A stretch of 64,000 nt of DNA from a virus (Duplodnaviria; Caudoviricetes), in IMG/VR virus record IMGVR_UViG_3300031466_000001, positions 32,001-96,000 of that record. One strand, given 5' to 3'. Below the pieces are notes generated by a model. It ran no database searches. It was not told where the DNA came from and was given only the letters and a program-made list of their open reading frames with translations. Positions 57,401-64,000 of this stretch are shown here, in pieces. Position 1 is the first letter of the stretch; each line of letters starts with the position of its first letter. The position numbers and the translations under genes were made by a program.

Positions 57401-57405
57401 TTATA
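57394..57405 (+). promoter_or_regulatory. Late promoter AACA-N6-TA
   Basis: AACA taatta TA before the capsid gene. Confidence 0.75.
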
Positions 57406-57433
57406 AAAAAATAAAGGAAGGAAGTGTAAATCT

Positions 57434-59173
57434 ATGGCGTCCTTTGATTACCTGGACGACGAATTCCAAACCACTAACGTGGTTGGTAGTTTTGTAACAG
57501 ACCGTGAGCATGATTTCAAAGCATCCATCAAAGCTGTACTTGAGGGTTTCCGTAATGCTACGCAAACGGACCCGATTGAGGACATCGCAAAGATCCTCAA
57601 AATCGAATCTCTGACTGAGGACTACAAGAATCGTCTTATCGGTGACGTTCTCACGGAAAGTGCAATTAAAGACGATCCGTATCTGTCGCTGATGCCGGAG
57701 AAACTGGAACAGCTTTTCGAAAACACGAGGGTGGAAATCCTGCGCGAATCTTCGGTTGGTCAGCTGGCCCCGATCGTTGGTATCTCGCTGCCGGTTCTGA
57801 AGAAGAACTATCTGCAATGTCACTCGAAGGACATTGTGATGACGGAAGTTCCGGCTAAGCCGATCGTGAAGGTTTCTTTCGAACGCCGTTTCCTGAAGGA
57901 TAAGAACGGCAACAGGTACTACATCCCGGAAATCTTCTACGATGACAGCTACAAGAATGTGCTCGGTGAAATGCGCGGCAAACCGATCAGTAACAAATGG
58001 TATCCGGAAGTTGGCAGCCTGCCGTTCCAAGACCTCGACCTGCTGACGGAATCCGGCGGTTCGATGCAAATGCGTGACTCGCTGGGTCTGGACTTCGTTA
58101 TTGACGCTGTTCAAATCGAAGTTATGGGTCCGGCCGCTACGCCGACGCCGGTTCTGAAGACCATCGAAGGTCTGAACATTGTTCCGGATACGGGTGTCAA
58201 TGGTGGTGCCGGTATCGGTTCCTTCAGCTATCGTATCAACACGGAAGACGAGCAAGGCAACCCGGTAAGCGACGTTATTGTCGGTCAAATCAGCTTCTAT
58301 GACGGCAAAGTCTCGGTCGCTTCGACAGGTGGCAAGATCAAGAAAGTTCGTTTCGGCGGTCATCTGTCGAACCAAAACAACGTTAACACGGTTGACTTGG
58401 ACCGTGAACGTGAGAACCTGACGTGGCAAATTCCGGACGGCTATCGTCTGAACACGGGTCTGACCATTGAGAAGATCAAGGACTACAAGGCTCTGTTCAA
58501 CACGGATATCACGACGGAAATCATCGCCGATATTTCGACGGTTCTGACGCAACTGGAAGACTCGACGATCCTGGACTTCCTGGATTCGAGTCTGGCAAAA
58601 TGGAAAACCAAGAAGAATCTGCCGTTTGGTTACACGGATGGCTTCGTAGAATCCTACCGGTTCTCGGCTACTCCGCCGGCAAACATCTTCGTTACGGTTT
58701 CGCAATGGATCGGTTCTGAACTCAAGTACTTCCTGAACCGTGAAATTGACCAACTCAAAACGAAGCTGCGTACCGAAGACATCATGTTCGTGGTATATGG
58801 CCACCCGAACAACATCACGCTGATCCAAGATGATGTTCGTTGGGTCATCGACGAAGACACGAAGATTGGCGGTATTCAACTGGACTACAAGTTCGGTGTT
58901 ATGACCGCTAACAAGAACCGTGTCCATGTTGTCTCCACGCTTAAGGTGCCGAAGTCGAAGGGCATTCGGATCGTTGCGTATCCGCTGTCCAAAGAAGTCA
59001 TCACCTTCAAGCATTACAAGTACAGCCTGAACATCGAAAACGTCTACCGGAATCCGTTCACGCCGCTGACGCCGAACGTAATGGGTGTATCCCGTTACCT
59101 GACGACGGAAGTTCTGCCGGTTCAAGGCGAATTCATCATCTACAACGACGATTTCGGTCGTCAAGAGCTGTAA
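57434..59173 (+). CDS. Major capsid protein
   Basis: 579 aa, strongest codon bias in the window, propeptide ending ILRE/S, own promoter and terminator, between protease and terminase. Confidence 0.8.
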   Translation: MASFDYLDDEFQTTNVVGSFVTDREHDFKASIKAVLEGFRNATQTDPIEDIAKILKIESLTEDYKNRLIGDVLTESAIKDDPYLSLMPEKLEQLFENTRVEILRESSVGQLAPIVGISLPVLKKNYLQCHSKDIVMTEVPAKPIVKVSFERRFLKDKNGNRYYIPEIFYDDSYKNVLGEMRGKPISNKWYPEVGSLPFQDLDLLTESGGSMQMRDSLGLDFVIDAVQIEVMGPAATPTPVLKTIEGLNIVPDTGVNGGAGIGSFSYRINTEDEQGNPVSDVIVGQISFYDGKVSVASTGGKIKKVRFGGHLSNQNNVNTVDLDRERENLTWQIPDGYRLNTGLTIEKIKDYKALFNTDITTEIIADISTVLTQLEDSTILDFLDSSLAKWKTKKNLPFGYTDGFVESYRFSATPPANIFVTVSQWIGSELKYFLNREIDQLKTKLRTEDIMFVVYGHPNNITLIQDDVRWVIDEDTKIGGIQLDYKFGVMTANKNRVHVVSTLKVPKSKGIRIVAYPLSKEVITFKHYKYSLNIENVYRNPFTPLTPNVMGVSRYLTTEVLPVQGEFIIYNDDFGRQEL

Positions 59174-59202
59174 TTTTCCTTTGTCCGATAATGAATAAAA
59201 AT

Positions 59203-59241
59203 AAAAGACGGCAACTCTTATATAAGGAGTTGTCGTCTTTT
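59203..59241 (+). terminator. Rho-independent terminator
   Basis: AAAAGACGGCAACTCTT/AGGAGTTGTCGTCTTTT hairpin. Confidence 0.8.
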
Positions 59242-59273
59242 ATAATTCTTTAATTAAGGAAGGGTGACAGATA

Positions 59274-60512
59274 ATGAGTAAGAGCCAAGATATGATCCTC
59301 CTTGAGGAATGTTTTTATGATATCAAAAGTAAGAATAATGTCAATGGTGCAATACTTAGAATCCAACGTGTGATTAAGCGGAATTTTGATATCAACTTCA
59401 CAATCAATATCGTCAATAATGATACTAGAGAATTTTTTGGTATGAGTATTTATCCTAATAAAAATCAAATAGAAAAGATCATTGATGCTATTGTCAATAA
59501 AAAGTCCAGTACAGATGTAGTTATTGATCTTTGGCAAAAGACCGACGAGTGGGTTCTTGAAATTGATTCTATTTTGCTCTATGATAAGAACCTTAATGCT
59601 AATCCTGCGGAAATTGTGGCAGTTCTTCTTCATGAGATTGGTCATGTTGTTTATTCCAACTCTATCCCTCAGAGGGTAAACCGCATTCTCCGCTATAAAA
59701 TGATGCACGCTAATCTTGCTTTGAAAAAGCTGATTAGCTGGCCCAAAGCACAAAAAATTATTCAACTTGTTTTTGTGGATGCTTGTAGCTCTAAGAACTT
59801 TCGTTATACAAATCTTAAAACTGAAAGAGTTGCCGACCAGTTCGTTGAGAAAATGGGTTATGGTGAGAACCTTAACAACTTCATTGATAAACTCGTTGCA
59901 ACCCAAGGAAATCGTCTTGTAAATCGAACTGAAGAACAGGTCGATCAAGACATTACTGCTACGGTAAATTGGACTTTTGTTAATATTGCAGAACTTGAAT
60001 TCCGTAGAAGTAATCTCAGAACTACTTTACAAACAGAACTCCTGAAAAATCCGAGTCGTTTTGTAAGGGATATCGTTTACGATATTCGCAGCACATTCTT
60101 TGGTAAGGGTGAGAGTGAAAATCCCTATACTGACGCGGTTAGAGAACAATATCTTACCAATGAATTTAACGTCATTGTAAAAGAGGGTCTGCTCAGTATC
60201 TTTGATAAAAATGGAAAAGTAAAGAAAATCACCCAAGCAGATATTGATATTCTCTCAGTTGAAGTTGGTCGTATTGAGAATGAAGACGACAAGATCTATG
60301 TATTGGATCTTATCTATGATAAACTTTCGGTCATTAATGCTGCACTTGATCTTATTAAAAATGGTCAAAAGGAAAAGGTTCCTGTATCTAAGGATACTCT
60401 CGAATCTTTCAAAGCCCAACTTGAACGAATGAGAATAATGGCCCTCGAAACTCCCATCAAACCCAAACAATACGGGGTCTTTATTAAGTACCCTAAGGGC
60501 TATGAGGGTTAA
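59274..60512 (+). CDS. Zincin-like metallopeptidase, probably virion-associated
   Basis: VLLHEIGH...ERVADQF; ILLE/E N-terminus. Confidence 0.65.
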   Translation: MSKSQDMILLEECFYDIKSKNNVNGAILRIQRVIKRNFDINFTINIVNNDTREFFGMSIYPNKNQIEKIIDAIVNKKSSTDVVIDLWQKTDEWVLEIDSILLYDKNLNANPAEIVAVLLHEIGHVVYSNSIPQRVNRILRYKMMHANLALKKLISWPKAQKIIQLVFVDACSSKNFRYTNLKTERVADQFVEKMGYGENLNNFIDKLVATQGNRLVNRTEEQVDQDITATVNWTFVNIAELEFRRSNLRTTLQTELLKNPSRFVRDIVYDIRSTFFGKGESENPYTDAVREQYLTNEFNVIVKEGLLSIFDKNGKVKKITQADIDILSVEVGRIENEDDKIYVLDLIYDKLSVINAALDLIKNGQKEKVPVSKDTLESFKAQLERMRIMALETPIKPKQYGVFIKYPKGYEG

Positions 60513-60532
60513 GGTCGGGGAGTTGGTCTCTC

Positions 60533-62596
60533 ATGTCCGGTAAGAAAAGAACTTTTATTTACGATATAAAAACACGTAATCTATCGTTCCTTCAGGTTGC
60601 AGTTGATTTAAAAAGACTCGGTATTAAAAATAATATGTTTTTTCTTCGACTCTATGATGAAACACTCCAAGGGGTTGATCCGTTCTCTCCCTATTTGACA
60701 GAGGACCAAATGGTTCGTATTATTAATGAATGTATGGTAAACCCCTGGTATTTCCTGCGTGAATGTGTGAGAATTCCGGACCAAGGTGGTAACGGCATAC
60801 CTTATCAACTTCACCGGGCCAATCTGGCACAAACATTCTGCTTCCTTCTTGGTATAGACCATTATGTGGTCATACCTCGTCAGAAAGGTAAAACACAATC
60901 AGCCATAGCAATTATAGACTGGGCATTTCTGTTTGGTACAACTAACTCTGAAATTGCATTCATTAATAAGAGATCTGAGGACGCTATCAATAACTTGGCA
61001 CGTCTCAAAGCTCAAAGAGATCTCTTGCCTTCTTATATGCAAATGAAGATTGCATATGATGAAGATGGAGATGAAGTTAAAGAACGTAATAATGTCAAGT
61101 CTCTTATGAATCCCACGAATAAGAATAGAATCGTCACCAAACCCTCGGCCACATCTATACAAGCAGCGGATGGTATTGGTCGGGGTAATACGCAACCCAT
61201 CCAATATTACGATGAAGTTGAGTTCACTCCGTTTATTAAGACAATTATTGAGGCTGCCGGTCCTGCATTTGTCACGGCGGCACGGAATGCAAAAAGAAAT
61301 AACTCTGCATATTGTCGTATATTTACATCTACTCCTGGCGACTTGGATACTCAACCAGGTCAAGACGCTATGGAGATCATCTCTAAGACCTGTAAATGGA
61401 CTGAAAAGTTCTATGACTGGTCTTTGGATGACATTAATGAATATATCGAAAAATGTTCCGAGAATAAAATCGTTTATATCGAATACAGCTACATCCAATT
61501 GGGTGAAGGTGAAGAATGGTTTAACGAACAATGTCGTATTCTTAACAATAACCCACAGAAGATAAAGCGTGAAATTTTGCTGAAACGTATGCGCGGTTCT
61601 CAGGATTCGCCATTTGATCCTGAAGATCTCGATGCATTGCCTGATATGAAAGGTATAATTAAAGATGAAATATTCATTAATAAACTATTCCCTCTGTATA
61701 TTTATGAAGAGCTGGATAAAGAAAGAATTTATATGGTTGGTGTTGACGTAGCAAGTGGTTATGGTGACAGGCGGGATAATTCAGCACTGACTATAGTTGA
61801 CCCTTATACTCTTAAAGTCGTAGCAGAATTTAAATCGCCATACATCAGTGAGGCTGAATTCACAAAATTCATCTATACGTTAGTCAGAAGATATATTCCT
61901 AGGGCTATCGTTATCATCGAACGAAACAAAGGTAGTGCTATTATTGAATTCTTGCGTCAAACTGAAATTGCTAGAAATATTTACTTTGAAAATGTAAAAG
62001 ACCCGATGGAAGAAAGTGTCGTCGACCGTCTTGACAATAAAGGATTCCTCAAGAAAGAAGCCAACAAACGTCGTATGTTTGGTGTCTGGACTGGTCCTAA
62101 ATCACGCGAAAGAATGTTCGAACTTCTTTATGTACATGTCAAAGAGAAAAAAGACAAACTCATTGGCCAATTCTTGATAGACGATATCTTGAGTCTTGTT
62201 GTTACAAAAGGTGGAAAAATTGTTGCAGGGCAAGGATTCCATGATGACAACGTAATGTCATATTTGATGGTCCTTTATGTGTATTATCACGGCAATAATC
62301 TTTCCAGGTTTGGATTCACTAAAGGATCTCTTCCTGATGAAAACGAACGAAATAAAGGTCTCGATTATGAAGATATATATGAGGAATTACCTGAGGATTT
62401 AAAAGAGGCATTTAAGAACGTAGGATCAAAAACACTGGCAGATTATCAAAATGATATGGCAATGGAAATAATGCGTGCACGAAGAGAATCCAATATGATT
62501 GATGCAATGCTTAGACCTAAAAACTACGTAGAAGATCAAGATGCGTATGATGAGGATATGATAGATATGGATCTTTTTGATGAATTGAATAACTAA
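60533..62596 (+). CDS. terL: Terminase large subunit
   Basis: PRQKGKT Walker A, YYDE Walker B, FTSTP, GVDVASG...DNS and HDD nuclease motifs. Confidence 0.92.
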   Translation: MSGKKRTFIYDIKTRNLSFLQVAVDLKRLGIKNNMFFLRLYDETLQGVDPFSPYLTEDQMVRIINECMVNPWYFLRECVRIPDQGGNGIPYQLHRANLAQTFCFLLGIDHYVVIPRQKGKTQSAIAIIDWAFLFGTTNSEIAFINKRSEDAINNLARLKAQRDLLPSYMQMKIAYDEDGDEVKERNNVKSLMNPTNKNRIVTKPSATSIQAADGIGRGNTQPIQYYDEVEFTPFIKTIIEAAGPAFVTAARNAKRNNSAYCRIFTSTPGDLDTQPGQDAMEIISKTCKWTEKFYDWSLDDINEYIEKCSENKIVYIEYSYIQLGEGEEWFNEQCRILNNNPQKIKREILLKRMRGSQDSPFDPEDLDALPDMKGIIKDEIFINKLFPLYIYEELDKERIYMVGVDVASGYGDRRDNSALTIVDPYTLKVVAEFKSPYISEAEFTKFIYTLVRRYIPRAIVIIERNKGSAIIEFLRQTEIARNIYFENVKDPMEESVVDRLDNKGFLKKEANKRRMFGVWTGPKSRERMFELLYVHVKEKKDKLIGQFLIDDILSLVVTKGGKIVAGQGFHDDNVMSYLMVLYVYYHGNNLSRFGFTKGSLPDENERNKGLDYEDIYEELPEDLKEAFKNVGSKTLADYQNDMAMEIMRARRESNMIDAMLRPKNYVEDQDAYDEDMIDMDLFDELNN

Positions 62597-62647
62597 AAGT
62601 ATAATTGTATAGGGTAAAGATCAGCCCTATACAATTATACTTTTTTT
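62597..62647 (+). terminator. Rho-independent terminator
   Basis: AAAGTATAATTGTATAGGG/CCCTATACAATTATACTTT inverted repeat. Confidence 0.85.
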
Positions 62648-62688
62648 ATTACAAATAGATATATAAATATAGAAAGGACGGTATATTC

Positions 62689-63441
62689 ATGAACGACTTC
62701 CAAGAAGAAGAGTATGAGATTCTGTCCGAGACAGAAACTGATATTTTGATCACGGATTTTCCTGTTGAGCTGATTAAGGAAAACATAAGATATCAAATAA
62801 ATAACCCATTGTCAACCGATGTGAACTATATTTCCAACGTCATTGATAGATACCGCATTGTTAAAGAAACAGTTATTGATGACGAGGAATCTCTCAAGAA
62901 ATTAAATTCATCTACAATGGATTTCTTCAATTTCATTATTTCCCAGATTGATGAAAAATTTGATCTTGGGATCAATCTGGACATGTTTGATAATCTGGAA
63001 GACAGTATGGAGACTGGAATTGCACTTTATCACTTCTTGATTCTCCGATATAGAAAAAATGTAACTAAATTCATTCATAAATATATTACAAAAAATAAGA
63101 AATTCTTCGTAGAGCAATTTGGAGATGAGCAAAGGAAAAAGGATGTAACCTCTGTAGCTACCAAAAAGAAAATTAAAAACAAAGATGATGCATTAATTGT
63201 TTCAAATCTTCCAAAAATTATTAATTTTATCTTAACCATGGATATTGAACCCCTTGACTTTATTAAATACATTGCTAGCGATGATAATTATGATGCATCT
63301 ATTATTAGAAAGCTTATTCTTGAAGGAAATCTTCTCGGTAATTTTGTCAGGGATTATTTGGATATCATTGTAAGCGATTACGATGATGTACTTGACGAGA
63401 TCCAGACCGAGGTAAAAATGAAGCTTTTAAATAAATCTTAA
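62689..63441 (+). CDS. Hypothetical protein
   Basis: 250-aa ORF with RBS; variant late motif TACA-N6-TA upstream. Confidence 0.6.
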   Translation: MNDFQEEEYEILSETETDILITDFPVELIKENIRYQINNPLSTDVNYISNVIDRYRIVKETVIDDEESLKKLNSSTMDFFNFIISQIDEKFDLGINLDMFDNLEDSMETGIALYHFLILRYRKNVTKFIHKYITKNKKFFVEQFGDEQRKKDVTSVATKKKIKNKDDALIVSNLPKIINFILTMDIEPLDFIKYIASDDNYDASIIRKLILEGNLLGNFVRDYLDIIVSDYDDVLDEIQTEVKMKLLNKS

Positions 63442-63477
63442 TATATAAAAAACTAAAGAAAAGGAGTTCAGATCCAG

Positions 63478-64000
63478 ATGGAAAACCAAAATGTACAAAA
63501 CGTCGAAGCTGCTGTTAATGAAACGAATGAAAATCTGCAAGAACAACAAACTGCTGAGCAAGAAGAGTATCAAATCGTTGAAGTTAACGGGGAGAAAGTT
63601 GCGGTTAAGCCCGGAAGTACTGAGGCTGAGATTGCTAGGGTTAAGCATCTCTTTGGCCTTAACAATATGCTCGATTCTGTAAAGAAACTCAATGAACAAA
63701 TGAAAGAACGTCAGCTGCATTTTCTCGGTGACGACGAATCTAAGATCGATCATTTTACTTCTATTCTTGAAAGTAAGACCATAGAAGAAATTAAAAATGC
63801 CTCGGATGAAGAAATTATGGATCTTTTCAAAACCGAGGATGGCGGAACTATTGAGCTTGTTCTGGATATAAATAATCCGGAGGAATCGTTCAAATTCCGT
63901 CGCGATTTCCTTATTTTCATGAAGGAAAGCATTGATGCTCAAAAGGTTATCGATGAGGAAACGGCGAAGATTGAAAAAGAAATTGCTGAATCCAGGGAAG
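63478..64000 (+). CDS. Partial (3'-truncated) acidic hypothetical protein
   Basis: RBS AAGGAG, MENQNVQNVEAAV..., open to the window end. Confidence 0.6.
   Translation, partial: MENQNVQNVEAAVNETNENLQEQQTAEQEEYQIVEVNGEKVAVKPGSTEAEIARVKHLFGLNNMLDSVKKLNEQMKERQLHFLGDDESKIDHFTSILESKTIEEIKNASDEEIMDLFKTEDGGTIELVLDINNPEESFKFRRDFLIFMKESIDAQKVIDEETAKIEKEIAESRE

Noticed and set aside
57401-59164. 587-aa antisense ORF over the capsid gene
   Set aside because: Artefact of strong codon bias on the + strand
25242-62596. Group I introns or inteins in RNAP, polymerase, helicase or terminase genes (introns occur in AR9 RNAP genes)
   Set aside because: ORFs are continuous, of expected size, with no visible intein or homing-endonuclease motifs
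1-64000. tRNA or rRNA genes
   Set aside because: No cloverleaf or rRNA-like sequence recognised; intergenic hairpins are terminators (not scanned computationally)
1-64000. Genome-wide stop-codon reassignment
   Set aside because: Core genes are full length under the standard code and end in TAA, TAG or TGA

Overview
This is 64 kb of an AT-rich jumbo myophage genome of the AR9/PBS1 (phiKZ-related) type, probably infecting a Bacillales/Paenibacillaceae host. Virion genes: four paralogous internal-head-type proteins, T4-gp21-like prohead protease, major capsid, large terminase, neck and baseplate/tail-assembly proteins. Transcription and replication genes: two split RNAP beta' subunits (probably one virion, one non-virion), a gp226/gp68-like promoter-specificity subunit, a split family-B DNA polymerase subunit, primase, SF2 helicase, RNase H-like exonuclease and a PC4/YdbC protein. 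Accessory genes: GroEL-like chaperonin, DHFR, Dps, two glycosyltransferases and an SH3-glucosaminidase. Two promoter classes are readable from the sequence: late AACA-N6-TR (15 copies found) and early ATATATTAT (9 copies found). Top observations: (1) an unannotated late ~69-nt C-rich small RNA whose 5' part is complementary to the translation-start regions of two putative non-virion RNAP subunits, a candidate negative-feedback loop; (2) an adjacent GC-rich mosaic of scrambled temperate-phage gene fragments plus an intact 54-aa gene, lying antisense to an early promoter; (3) a candidate -1 programmed frameshift in the tail/baseplate chaperone; (4) a candidate protease-processed nuclease/papain-like polyprotein; (5) frameshift decay confined to small accessory genes. 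All calls rest on motifs recognised by eye; no database search was run.
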